DNA from: Hormiphora californensis
Lineage: Eukaryota; Animalia; Ctenophora
Direction: 5' to 3'
DNA length: 64,000 nt
Assembly (NCBI GenBank): GCA_020137815.1
Contig: CM035350.1
Coordinates: forward strand, 7,502,001-7,566,000
Below are positions 1 to 24,134 of the stretch, in pieces. The notes beneath the pieces were generated by a model, which worked only from the letters and a program-made list of their open reading frames with translations, did no database searches and was not told the DNA's origin. Positions within the stretch are counted from its first letter, which is position 1. Every line of letters starts with the position of its first letter. A program made the translations under genes and the position numbers.

Positions 1-2200
1 CAAAAAAATATGTCTACCCACCAATCGGGTAAAAACCTTTACTCAGGTCTTATCCAATGACAGAAAATAAGACCGGGATTGAATTTTTAGGGAAAAAAAA
101 CATTTCCAAAGCCACCCACGATTACTTCATTCTAGAAAAGGGATCAAAATATGAAGTGTGTAAAAAGTTGTAGGGGAGAAGACACCAGCGCCGAAAACCC
201 AGCACACATTTTTTTGTAACAGCAATTTGGGCATAACGAGTAATTATCACTGAAAGGGGAAGGGGGGGGTTTAAAAAAAACAAGGGGGATGGAATTTAAA
301 AAAACAAAACCAAAAATTTTTCTTATTATGACCCTTCTTCATTTCCACCCCAATTTTTGAGGAAAAAGGGTCAGGGGGAAACAACTCTCGGGTGGAGAAT
401 AACTTAACGAGAGCATTGTCGGGAAATTCACTACATGGAAATATAAAGAAGCAGTAAACAAAAAATCAAAATCTTATTAAAAGGGCACGTGACTGGTTAC
501 AGCCAATCAGGGACCAGATTTTCCCGATTCGGCGGTTCCGGGAACTGTGGAAATAAAAAAAGTAGTAAATAGTTGATTGAAACGAGAATGTGCCAAAAAA
601 CGAATGTTGAGCCCACTCGGGGCACCCCGATTTTAAAAGTGTATCACTGCCCTTTGGGCCGGGAAAGGTGGACTTCAGGCCAGAAAAAAACGTACACAAA
701 ACGAATAGAGGGGGGTTATTAGGACTGAGTGTGACCGGTTGTGCCCGCAATTCAAATTGGGGCAAAACACAGTGAACCAAAAGTAAAAGTACGTATCGAA
801 GGGTTGCAGAAAGCTTTCCAAGACCAAAAAAAACAGGTTTGTCAAAACTCATCCAATTTAAAACAATCGGGTTTTGGGGCGGACAAAAAGGGGGAATTTA
901 AAACTTAGACCCCCCGGTGGGTTTATCTTCTCAAGGTAGCGTCCATGGATTCAAAAAGGGGAATGGAACCATAGTGGCAGGGTTCTTCCCGCACTTTAAG
1001 AACCTCTCTCCTAATTTAACAGGAGGTGGGAAAAGGGCGGATAAATCCCATCGCTTGTTCGTACTGTCAGTCACGTTTTGGGCTCATACGTATGAGAAAG
1101 TCATTAGGGCGGGTTTTGAATTTGTTTTTAATAGGGCACGGCTTTTGTAACTTAGAACTTGCTACTTATCGAGATTCAATTATAATAAAATGGTATGACA
1201 AAGAGGCAAGAATAAACAATAAATGAAAATATTATTTTTCTCAAAATTGAAGGGGAGGTAAAAATGTTTTGGAAAGGCTTTCCTGTAAGTAAAAAAAACA
1301 AGTAGAGATTTTAAAAATTTCGCCCCCCCTCTTTCTTCTCTCTTTCCTCTTCTCTGCCTGATCTACGGACCTCACTTTTAAAAGTTGGGGAGTTTAAAGA
1401 AAAGATGAACATATTCACTTTCTTTAACAAAGAATGTGGTCCCTTTGGGGAGGGGGGACGACAAAGGCCCCCAATTTTTAAAGACGATAGTTTCAATAAT
1501 ATTTAGGATAGGGGGGGGAGGGGAGGAGAGGGAAGAGGGAGAAAAAGGGAGAAAAAAGAAAAACTAGGGAAGGAGAAAAAGAAAAGGCGGCTGTACATTG
1601 GGTGCTAGGGTTTTTAGAGGAAGCTAGTTAGTGAGATCAATTCAATTTCTAGGTCTATCGTCCCCGGCCTTTCCAGAACCAGGACGCATGTGGGCCCCTG
1701 AGAAAGGAGACAGACAAAGAAATTTTTTAGGCAGGGAAATCCGATAAACAGAAGTTTTTGGGGAGTACTCCCATAAGAGGAACCCGTGTATTTTTAGACT
1801 GAACGTTGAACAAAAATTTTGGGAAAGGTTTAAAAGGTAATGAGTAATCCCAAAAATTACAAAGACAAAAATGACAAATGAGAAATTTGTTGTTCCAGGC
1901 ACCCTTTTTAAGAGGTTCGGAGAATGTAAACCGAAAAGTACTCAATACAGTATACGTAAGTTGGGGTAACTTTGTTTTGCAGGGTAACTTTGGACACTTT
2001 CAAAATTGGCTTTAGTCCCCAAAATTACCAATAGATAACGAGAGATTTGGAAAACTGTTCGGTTGTACAAGTAACTGACCCACAAATGTCTAACTAACGG
2101 TACAGTTATTTTTTCCAAGTCTATGCTAATTACCTTACTCTCGTTTTTTAAGAAACGCTTTAGTAAGAAACTTTTTTATAAGAAACTTTTCAATTCAGGA
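1..2200. other. Low-accuracy sequence (homopolymer-inflated, probably near a contig end)
   Basis: Excess A/G/T/C runs and no coherent ORFs. The copy of the 109-bp MITE at ~445-541 is riddled with indels compared with the clean copies at 20427 and 25943. Confidence 0.7.
445..541 (+). mobile_element. Degraded or error-rich copy of the hAT-like MITE
   Basis: 'cagtaaacaaaaaatc...gggcacgtgactggttacagccaatcagggaccagattttcccgattcggcggttccg' aligns by eye to 20427-20535. Confidence 0.75.
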
Positions 2201-5200
2201 TGTCGGGTGTGGCTACCCATGATGTTATTATGTGCAAGACAGATATGGAGGGTAAGTTGCTCGCCACGAGCTATCTGATAGTTGTAAAGGTGCCAGCATA
2301 GCACAGAGCATCACAGGATGATACCGGCGGGGAACCCCGAGGGGGACTACCCAAACCGATTTATGGACAGTTATCACAAAAAAACTGTATGCTTTGTTAC
2401 CGGACACCAGACGCATCTCTACCACTCATCTGAATCTGTATCTTCATTCACGGCAGGAGATTTACAGGAGACGTTGGCAAAAGCTGAAAAGAGGATCTTC
2501 AGGTTCACTTCCGGATTAGTAGCTCCCAAGGTTAGACAAGATTCTTCAGCTGATCGAGGGAACCATCCCTGACAGTGTTGACTCCTCCTGACTAAATACT
2601 GGAGCAGTGGCTCCTGTGACTCCGATAAAGAGGTACCTGACAATCAAGGCAAAGGGGAAGATGGACCAATGTGTGAGAAGAAATGGACCGAAGTTGTACG
2701 AAACCAAAAGGGAAACAGCGTTGAAGAATATTCCGGTGTTAGATCTTTCTGTCACAAACAGAAGAGACGGACTAATTGATGTTTGAGAGACGGATGATCA
2801 GATGGAAAACAAGCGAAGGAGGTTCTCTCTCCATTCCTTGATGTGTCTTCTGCAGTGGAGAAAGAGAAGAAGAAGGATCCCCGGATAATGGTCAATGACC
2901 TTGATCAGGACACTGTTAGAGAAGGATAGTCTTCTCTCCGAGATTGTAAGTGATAAGAATGAGTCAGTGAAGAGGCTTGTTGAGGAGGGTCATGTTGTGG
3001 AAGGTGGTTCATATTAACAAGACAGGGGATATAGCTGTGATTCAGGTAACCCAGAGGTGAGGAAGGTGATTGCTGACCGGAAGGACAAGCTCTTTTGAAG
3101 CTCCGACAGCACTTTTGTTAGGAACAGGTTTTTATGTCACTCAGTGTTCCACTGTCAGCGCTTTGGTCATGTAGCAGGGTCCATTTACTGTCCAAACAAG
3201 GATACAATTGCTGTTGGCCTGTAACAAGGGGATCCTGATATAGGAGTTGCCAAGCCAAGAAGGATAACGTAGTGCAGCAGAATGAAATGTGTCAAACTTG
3301 ATCATGGAGGAAGCAAAGAGGACAAGCGTCATGCTTAAGAGCACCCAGCCTCAAGCAGTATGTGTCCATTCTACATCAATGCTAAAGCTAGACTCATGGA
3401 GAGCACAAGTGGCGTGACTAGAGGAGAAAAAAACCTGTATCAGACGAGGGCATGGGAGGGACCTGAGAGGAAAACGACTTGGAAGATTGGCTCACTAAAT
3501 GTTCACTCATATGAAAATAAAACGTCAGGTGTAATTCACACTTGGAGGAAAAAGGAAAAGGATGCGACATCTGCTTGGTACAGCGAGACTTATCTGAGCA
3601 AAGTGACACTGCAAAAACTTCAGGAGATTAGAGAGATTATGGTTGAACATCTTCATCCTCCTAGGGCCAGAACGCTCTGGAGGAGGAATTGGGGATTCTT
3701 GTACAGGATGGCGTACGTAAAGATCAAGTACACACCAGTATAAAGGACTAAGTTTAAATCATTCCAGGTCCAGGAGCCCTTATCGGATTGGGCAGGATCT
3801 TACAAGGTTGTGCAATTGTCTATAGGCCTCCTTACACCGGGCAAGGCAGATATCGGAAGCACAGTTACTGGATGAGTTAATGACTATCTGTCCGAGCTAG
3901 TCTGCCAAAAAATGGATATCCCGTTCTGATGGGTGATTTTAACTTCCAAGTCCAACGAACCCGAGACTTCTATGCCAAGAAATTACTTGCACGCTGACTC
4001 TCTGGGGTTTGATCAATTGTTCCAATGCAACCCACCCATGTTCGAGGAGGTACTCTGATCTCTTGCTGTGCCAAAAAGACAGAGTTTCCAAAGTTCAATT
4101 CAGTGGACAATATTTCCAGAAGGGACAACTTCGGATCCTTTATGGTTTTAGCTGATCTGTTAATCGAGACTACTGAAGTGAATACAAAACCCGTGAACAG
4201 ATTGACACATACAGGGATTTTAGGGCAGTTGACTGGAACTGTTCAGGCGAGCTTTGGAGATGTGGATTGGAGTGCGGTGAGGAGGTCTAAATATTGCTGA
4301 GGATGCTTTGGCTGCTTATTCGAGGATAATCGAGGATCTTGTGGAAGAGGACTGTCCCACTGAAGAGGAAAAAAGAAGGAAAGGGGCGAAGATAAAGCCA
4401 TGAGAGATATCCAGAGGTGCGTGAGGTTCTTCGACTACGAAGGAAAGCCGAGAGGGCTGGGAGAAAGCAACAGAAATTAGTATAACGAAGAAGAAGCAAT
4501 TCAATGACCTCAAGAGACAGTTGGACGTGTGGATAAAGAGGCGGAGATTGAAGTATGTGAAAGATGATCTAGAGGAATCAAGGGATGACCCAAAAGCACT
4601 TCAGAGGAAGCTCAGCCGCCTTCTTGGAAACAAAACAAATGAACCTTTCTACAGAAACAAGTGATAAGAGGAAGCTTAGGGATGATTTTTGGTGACTTCT
4701 TGTTGGAAAAGTTGAGAGGATCCGAACTACTGTGGTTAGAGGAGCAGAACCAGAGGACAACGAGGGATGTTTGCATCAGACCCTGTCTGTTGTTTTGAAA
4801 AGTTTTTGAGGAAGTTTCCCCAGAGAAAAAACTAATCAGGATTATCAAAGATATGCCTGACAAGACCTGTGATCTGATCTCATACCTACGTGGTTGGTGA
4901 AAGGTTGCATTGATTGAGCTAGCCACCGCTTTGTGCAAGTTTTGTAAAACCTATCACTCCAGTGTTCCAGCGTTCCTGATATCTTCAACAAGCATTGTTT
5001 TTCCTACGATTAAGAACCCCCATGGGGACAAAGACTCCTTATCCAACTACCGTCCAGTCTCCAACCTACCGTTTATCTCCAAATTACTGGAAAAGGTTGT
5101 CCTAGAGCAGCTGAACTCTACCTCAATGAGAATGAGTTACTGAACAAACATCAATCGGGTTATCGGGTGGGACATAGTTGTTGAAACACTCCTGATGGGT

Positions 5201-7025
5201 TAGTTTGATGATTTACTACGGGACCTTGATGAGGAAAGGTCACTGGCCTCTTTCTTTTAGACATGAGTGCTTGCTTTGATACAGTGGACCATGGGAAGCT
5301 GCTAGAGACTCTGGAAGGACGTTTCGGAAGTGAAAGGCTCTGTGCTGGATTGGTTTGCCAGCTATCTACAGTTGTAGGAATTACCGAGTTAATGTGGAGG
5401 GGAGCTTCGAGGGATCATCACGCTGTATGTGGAGTTCCACAGGGGTCACTGCTGGGCCGGTATTGGTTGTTGTATGTCGAGGAGCTCCAGGACTTGGTTT
5501 AGACCCTTTGGTCTGAGGATTAAGCTATACGCCGATGGACTCTCAAACTGTACATCAGTCTTGTGCCTACTGACGAGGATGGTTGGAATGCAGCGAAGGA
5601 GAGATGGGAGTGTCTGATACAGTGTGAGAAACTGTGGATGAGTGATCACTGGCTTAAGTGTAATGAGGCAAAGAACAGAGTTTTTACTGTTAGGTAAGAG
5701 CAGTGCTCTGGATAAGATGGTTCTTCCAGCCCACAGGTAAGCTTTGGAGGAGTGGAAATCAGCCCTATGGAATTACTGGATCTGAGGGAAGACCCTGGGT
5801 GGTATTCCTTGACAGTAACATTTCGATGGAAAGGCAGATCAACAGTGTTAAGAAGCAATGTGGAATGCTTCTAAGGAATTTGTGGCAGGTTAAACCGATG
5901 TTTGGAAACCGACCAAGATGGCTTCTGGTTGAAGCAACTTCATCGTTTCGAGACTCGACTAACTGTAATGTCCTTATTCTGGCTTACAAGAAGCTCCTGG
6001 ATAGGCTTGCAGCGAGTTCTTCTGAAACTCATGTGTCAGATTTGAGATGGGCCTGTATGGTCACCGGACAGTTACATGCCATACTTGAGTGAAATGCCAC
6101 GTCTCACGATATTGAACAGCGAGTAAGTTCAAGGTTTGCTTAATGGGTACAAGATTGTACATGGCTTGGCTCCGTGTACCTGCAGGAACAGGTCCTGTGG
6201 AGGACGGACTACATGTGATCCGGATGACCAGAGGAAACGCTCAGCCTGATGGCCCTCAAGCTGAGGTATACTAAGATATCCAGTGTGAATGCACTTCTAA
6301 GTGAGGAGGAGGACGTCCGTCGGTTTATCTGCCTGAAATCTGGAATAAGCTTCCATTGATCTGAGAGCAATTGACTCTGTGGACTCTTGCAAGTCTAAGC
6401 TAAAGACTTAGTCTCTTCATTGAGGCTTTCGGTTGAATTCCTGGATCTGTCCTAGGAGTGTTCTCTCATCTTACTGAGGTTGTTCTCTAGGATGGGCGTA
6501 CCTGTTTTATTTTTTCTGTATTTGGCTGTGGCGAAGCGAAGTGTGAAGCACGTTTTGGGTTTTTTCATAGCACGAGTGTTTTCTATCTATTGGACTTTTA
6601 AACCATCTTTTTAGAGTTCCAGGACTCTATCTCAGTCTGTTATGTTTTCAGTTACCGATAGTTATGTGGGCCGTTGTTTTTTTCTTTACCATTTTTTTGT
6701 GCAATATTAAGGATAAGTCGGCAGGTATATTCAAGTATGTTAACCGTTCAGATCATCCTTCAGTGACAGCAACAGTTCTACTGCTCTGTCCCTGTCGGAT
6801 ATGGGCGGAATACAAACATAGTTATTATTATTATTATTATTATTATTGTAAATCACACAATTCAGAGACACCACAACAAAATAGAACACCCCTAACTTGT
6901 TTAGTTTCTTGATAAAGGAGAAATTCTTTTTGTTTTTGGATTGCTTACACCTGTAGTTTCCAAGAAAAAAAGTTTCTTATTTAAAAGTTTCTTGAAATAT
7001 GCGAGCTTAATTAACGAGAGTAAGG
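2133..7025. mobile_element. Second TA-flanked MITE nested in the first and interrupted by a LINE
   Basis: TA|ccttactctcgtt at 2131-2145 and aacgagagtaagg|TA at 7013-7027. The 'aagaaactttt' repeats at ~2150-2190 mirror 'aaaagtttctt' at ~6967-6993. Confidence 0.75.
2199..6848 (+). mobile_element. Near full-length L2/CR1-clade non-LTR retrotransposon (ORF1 remnants, APE endonuclease, RT), multiply frameshifted
   Basis: APE motifs KIGSLNVHS (~3485), LMGDFN (~3927), PTHVRGGTL (~4030). RT motifs NYRPVSNLPFISKLLEKVV (~5045), DMSACFDTVDH (~5260), GVPQGSLLG (~5430), KLYAD (~5520). 3' (TTA)n tail at 6822-6847. Clear homology to the intact RT at 60307-61752. Confidence 0.92.
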
Positions 7026-8226
7026 TAGCTCCTAATTAGGGTCAAACATAATTGATGTCAAAATCGCTAAAAATGTTCCAATCAAAATGGGTACCATAGA
7101 CCTGACCGGGCAAATGATCGAATCAAGTTTGCTCCATAGAGTGGAAGGGTTTCGATCAAATAATTCGGGGCACCATTTTTCAAATCCGACCAATTACTTT
7201 AATTGAGACTAATTGGGTTGGCCAATGTTACCCCACCATATTTTGAATTTTGGGGTAACTTTGGACGGGGTGCCAAAGTTACCCCATACTACATGTTTTG
7301 AACTTTTGATGTCTGCAGAGTTGCCATAAACCCTCTCTGACTTGTTTAGAACCATCTGATCAAGATTTAGCCCGATCCATGCCCATTTTCATCGATCTAT
7401 TCGCTAAGGTAGTAAATAAACCAGAATTAGTTCTACTTTATGGAGCTAAATCATAGAAATCCGACCTGAAACCCATCAAACTTCAATAATTTGGGGTCCC
7501 TCATTCATTCTGTAGCTTGGTAGATGGTATTGACCCTCTAGGCGAGTCTATTAGTTCTTGTGGACAATCTATGCAGGAACACAGGCACCAAAACTCCTTT
7601 ATTTAGCCAGTACCCATAAGTGTCCGGTCACTTCCTGGCGGTCCAATTCAGTAAAAAGAACTAATACTGCCGTCTAGGGGGCAAATACCACCTACCAAGC
7701 TAGAGGGTGGATGAGGGACCCCAAATTATCGAAGTTTATGTGTTTTAGGACGGTTGTTTGTGATTTAGCTCCATAAAATAGACCAAATCCTCGTTTATTC
7801 ACTACCTTTGCGAATAGATGGATGAAAACGGGTGTGGATTGGGCTGAATCTTGGTCATATGGTCCTAAACAAGTCAGAGAGGGTCTAAGGCAACTCTACA
7901 AACGCTCATATCGAAAACCTAAACATTTATGTTCATTTATTTTATCATTGCAAAATGTGTCCAAAGTTACCCCACCCTCATTCCAAAGTTACCCCATGCC
8001 CTAAAACCCCACTTACACTAAAATACGTGTTAATTAATCTAATTAAATGAGAGGCGACCAAAATTTTCACTAGTTATATCTGGTGTACTGGGTCTGGAAC
8101 GGGATTCTTTGGCTCAAAAATTTTCGAGTGTGGTTCTGGCAAGGAGTTATTTTAGGAGAATGCTAAAAAGTGGTACAAAGTTACCCCAACTTACGGTATG
8201 TATACAGTAGTTACCCGACTGGTCTA

Positions 8227-19710
<11,484 letters not shown>

Positions 19711-20426
19711 CTAGAAACAGGGAGAGGATATGTAGGTTAGATGATTGATCATGATGGAGAATTGAAATCGGGGATTGGAATAGGGATTGAGTACGGTGTA
19801 GAATCTACACTGTAGATACAGGAGATTTAGGAAAAACTATTGCTGCCTGAAGTAGTGCGAGTTGATATGTTACTGCACACTCATTTCAGTGTTGTTTGAT
19901 GATGAGTAAGATGAGATAGGAATGGGAATGGAGGGACCTCATGAGGGAGCTACATATACAGTTTCCCCGCACAGTGATCTATTATATGTGTGGTTTTGTT
20001 CTGTGTTGCTAACATGGGGGCAAACAACGCAAAGCCGGACAACTTCGAAGCAGCAAACTTAGATAGCAACGCTTCACCAGGTATTTAGTGCACAGAGCTG
20101 CCAGACAAATTGATAGTTACTTAGGCCTAGAAAATGTTACATAACAAAATATCGATTATAGATCAGAAACATTAATGGTGAGTGTGTGTGGAAGCCTAAA
20201 ATGAGTACTACAGCACACTAAACCCTTCTACAATGATTATTATCTGTAGTACATAACCACAAACATTTTAATTTCCCCCATTATCATACAACCACAATAT
20301 TGGCACTTTGCTCGAGCGACACATTCAACTCCTTGCTGCCCTCCAAATTTTAGTAGAAGACCCCAAGAATTATTTCCCAATTATTGCAGATAATAATTGG
20401 GAGATTCTTCCTAATAAGGTCATCAC

Positions 20427-20535
20427 CAGGAACCGACCGACACAAGTAAACAACCAATCACATCTCGTTATTTAGGTCACGTGACTGGTTATCGGCCAAT
20501 CAGGGACCAGTATTTCCTAATTCGGTCGGTTCCTG
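20427..20535. mobile_element. 109-bp hAT-like MITE
   Basis: TIRs caggaaccgaccga / tcggtcggttcctg; perfect 8-bp target duplication gtcatcac (20419-20426 and 20536-20543). Confidence 0.92.
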
Positions 20536-20595
20536 GTCATCACCCCATTCGAATACCCCTAACGACCAGTCATCACCTCCTCCCCTTTGCATTAG

Positions 20596-21834
20596 GTCCC
20601 TCAACAGAGGAAGAACGAAAGCGAACAGTGGTTCTACACTATGAGACTCATGATAGGAGCCATGCCCACGAGATCCAACGAGGCCTGGCGACCCTTCATC
20701 ACCCCACCCTTCTCCACGATATTAATGGGGCTGAGGAGGAGAAATCCCTAAATCGGGCGATTGTGTCGTGTTACTGTTACACACTCTTCCTCTCTCGAGA
20801 CAACATCCCCCTCACCATTCACCAATTAGCCCTGGCTAAGTTGTGTCAACGGACGGTCTGTCTGGTTGTAAAAGAGGGCATCTTCTCTCTGTTCTCTAGT
20901 TTCTCCACCGAGATGAAGGTCCTAACGGCCTCCTGTAGGTGGGTGAGGGAGGGGGCCAGTATCGAGGAGGTCCTGGTACATGTTCCCAAGGTGGACATAT
21001 ACAGGTCCAAAGAGCATTTCCTGCACTGTCTCGATGGAAGGTCTGCCAGTGGTAATACCCATCCTGTGGGCCACAGGGGAGGGTTTTGGGACCGGCACTT
21101 TGCCAATGAGGAGGAGGTGCTGCTTAGCAATATCTTCAAATGCATCAAAAAGGACTACGAGTATGATTTTGTGGTTGTGTTTGGGGGTGCGACACAGAGT
21201 TGGGTTGCCAACGTCCTGCGACAATGGTGTTTCCATACAACATCTAACACCATATCCAAACAGTGTTATCGGAAGTTCCTTGCCCAGTATGGACCAACGG
21301 AGGGCTCTGGCAAGGAGGGCTGTGACACATTCTGGGAGTTGTGCAAGGCAAGGTTTGAGAGGTATGTGGTCCTACGGATGGTCTTCCAAGCTATCCAGCT
21401 CAACCCGACACCCAGCTATTCAACACATAACAAACATCTCAAAGGACGGAGACCACCTTTTCCAGGATATATCTGAGCTGCTCCAGGATGCGGACCCGGA
21501 TCTCCGGTGTACGGCGTGTGTCTGTCTGGGGCAAACAGGGAAGGCTGCCTTTATTGAGCAGGTCATGTCCCTGCTACATGACACAGATCGGCTGGTAAGG
21601 AAGTTTGCCTGTCTGTCCATATCCAGGCTGCTCGAGGATGACTCTGTCAGCGAGCAGGTCCAAGAAGGGGTGTTGTTGAGCCTCACAGGGGTATGGAGGA
21701 GAGACAGTGTCCAGGATGTGAGGCGGGCAGCATTACAGGCACTAATGGAGAGGGGTCACACGGGCATTCATCAGGGGATCAAGAGTGTCATTGATCTTGA
21801 AGCGGAACTTGATGAACTGGTGTCGTTCAACTAG
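20596..21834 (+). CDS. HEAT/ARM-repeat protein (main exon, one apparent frameshift near 21400); 5' exons probably at ~20014-20418
   Basis: Frame 20481-21476 hands over to frame 20980-21834, whose C-terminus has HEAT-like repeats (LLQDADPDLRCTACVCLG; LLHDTDRLVRKFACLSISRL; DSVQDVRRAALQAL). Acceptor 'tttgcattag' ends at 20595. Candidate start exon MGANNAKPDNF...SP|gt at 20014. Confidence 0.7.
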
Positions 21835-22356
21835 TGTTGCCATGGCGATATCTTAGCTAGTGTTGCCATGGTGATATCAACTAGTGTTGCCATGGTGATA
21901 TCAACTAGTGTTGCCATGGTGATATCAGCTAGTGTTGCCATGGTGATATCAGCTAGTGTTGCCATGGTGATATCAGCTAGTGTTGCCATGGTGATATCAA
22001 CTAGTGTTGCCATGGTGATATCAACTAGTGTTGACATGGTGATATCAACTAGTGTTGCCATGGTGATATCAACTAGTGTTGCCATGGTGATATCAGCTAG
22101 TGTTACCATGGTGATATCAGCTAGTGTTGCCATGGTGATACCAGCTAGTGTCGCCATGGTGATTTCAGCTAGTGTTGCCATGGTGATACCAGCTAGTGTT
22201 GCCATGGTGATATCAACTAGTGTCGCCATGGTGATTTCAGCTAGTGTTGCCATGGTGATACCAGCTAGTGTGGCCATGGTGATATCAGCTAGTGTTTCCA
22301 TGGTGATATCAGCTAGTGTTGCCATGGTGATATCAGCTAGTGTTGCCATGGTGATT
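21831..22356. repeat. 24-bp minisatellite (CTAGTGTTGCCATGGTGATATCAG), ~21-22 copies
   Basis: Visible tandem array. The MATLADIT / MVISASVA ORFs are its translations. Confidence 0.95.
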
Positions 22357-22941
22357 TAAAACAAACCTTGTGTGTCCCATACATGCCAGCTGTACTCTAG
22401 TAGAACAGGATTAGAAGATTCCCCGTAATTGTAAGATCAAACTCACATAATATACGAAAGAAAGTATACGGGGAGAGGAAATGAGAGTTATTGGACACCA
22501 CTAGCAGCCAGGCCACTAGGGGGTCCTTTGTTTGCGTCGTGCAAGAGGACAAAAGAGGCTAGATGTACACAAGGTTCACTAGTCATAGCCCCTTCCGCCC
22601 TATTATAACTTTGATGATTACTCCCGCTTAGTTAATTACTGAATTTCACAGACTTGAGTTTTGAGATGAGTACAGATGATATTGGTTTTGAAGGATACTA
22701 TTGTGATTTTAAGATGCAGTATATCTCAAGATGAAAATTGACTTGAGGATTTGAAACATGTTTTCTTTTTCGGAAGATCTAAACAAGATGATGTAACAGT
22801 AAACAGAAGCAGTACACTACTTGAAACAGCTGTAGCACTATGGAGGGTTGATTAACAGTAGTAGGGAGCTGAGTAAATGGCAGCTGCAGGACCGGAGAGA
22901 TTGGGAGAGATTGAATAGAGATAAATTAAGGCCTAGTGAAT

Positions 22942-23045
<104 letters not shown>

Positions 23046-23397
23046 ATCTCTTTCGTTAGTTGTTGGTGATAGAATTCACACTAAACCGACCACGTGCTGT
23101 TTGACAGAAGAGGAGAACAATACAAATTACTGACAGAATAGGCAGCGTATCACGTGGTACACAAATCCGCCACACACAAAAGTATACTCACCCTCCGAGG
23201 TTGCTGCAGCTTGAAAATCTGATCAACACAGAGTGCACAGAGTTAATAAATTATGTGAAAAACAAATTGTCTGAGATGTGGGACAATGGTTCAACAGCGT
23301 CTTGGTCAACAGGTGCTGTAGTTCGCGAGATGACCTCTATACAACACATACACACCTTCTCTCTCTTTCTCTCTTTCTCTCTATCTCTCTATCTATC

Positions 23398-23440
<43 letters not shown>

Positions 23441-24134
23441 ATCTATCTCTCTATCTCTCTCTCTCTTTCTCTCTATCTCTCTCTCTTTCTCTCTTTCTCT
23501 CTTTCTCTCTCTATCTCTCTCTATCTATCTCTGCCGTTAGACACTACCGGGGTTATTATCAATTTCATCAAGCCACCATCCCCATCAATGGTGTGAATTG
23601 GTGGGTGAATATCATGCACAGGGGTTCGTGCGATATTACATACGGTATGCAGCTGTAGTGGTGGTGCATAGAGGGTCACTGCATCAAGGGTTTCTATCAT
23701 GGTGGACGCTGATGGAATGAGCTTTTCAGAGAGGGAGCAAGTGGAATACTGGAATAATATCATGGCAATATTATCCGATATATAATAGTTCTGCAATCTG
23801 CTGAGATGGTAGCCTTTCTTTCAGTTATGAGTCTTAGAGAACAACAGTATTTTGCTGAGCTAAAATTGATAAACAATAGAACATATACAATACGTATTAC
23901 ACAAACACATGCAACCTTCTACAAAATAATACCATGTGTGGTCGATATGTGTAGTCCTTGAAAATGCCATTATTTTAATTAAATGAATTAAAAACTGTAC
24001 TAAACCAATTAATCTGAAACACAAACTAAACAATACAGAATTACTTTCGATACGAAAGCAACATCTCGGTCAAAAGTCAGTTCTCTGAGTCACTAGATGC
24101 CCTACTTCACAAATCATCAGGTATTATTGATTCA

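Larger units (their letters stand above)
1955..8196. mobile_element. Non-autonomous TIR DNA transposon (Tc1/mariner-pogo-like, TA target) carrying nested insertions
   Basis: Left end TA|cgtaagttggggtaactttg (1953-1974); right end caaagttaccccaacttacgg|TA (8176-8198). Subterminal 'gggtaactttggac' / 'ccaaagttacccc' repeats at ~1982, 7252-7285, 7960-7995. Internal ~230-bp imperfect inverted repeat at ~7315-7545 / ~7675-7900. Confidence 0.8.

Noticed and set aside
700-1230. Possible zinc-finger-like coding remnants (e.g. IACSYCQSRF)
   Set aside because: Sequence too error-rich to establish a frame or a complete motif.
21831-22359. MATLADIT / MVISASVA repeat proteins
   Set aside because: Translations of a 24-bp minisatellite on both strands.
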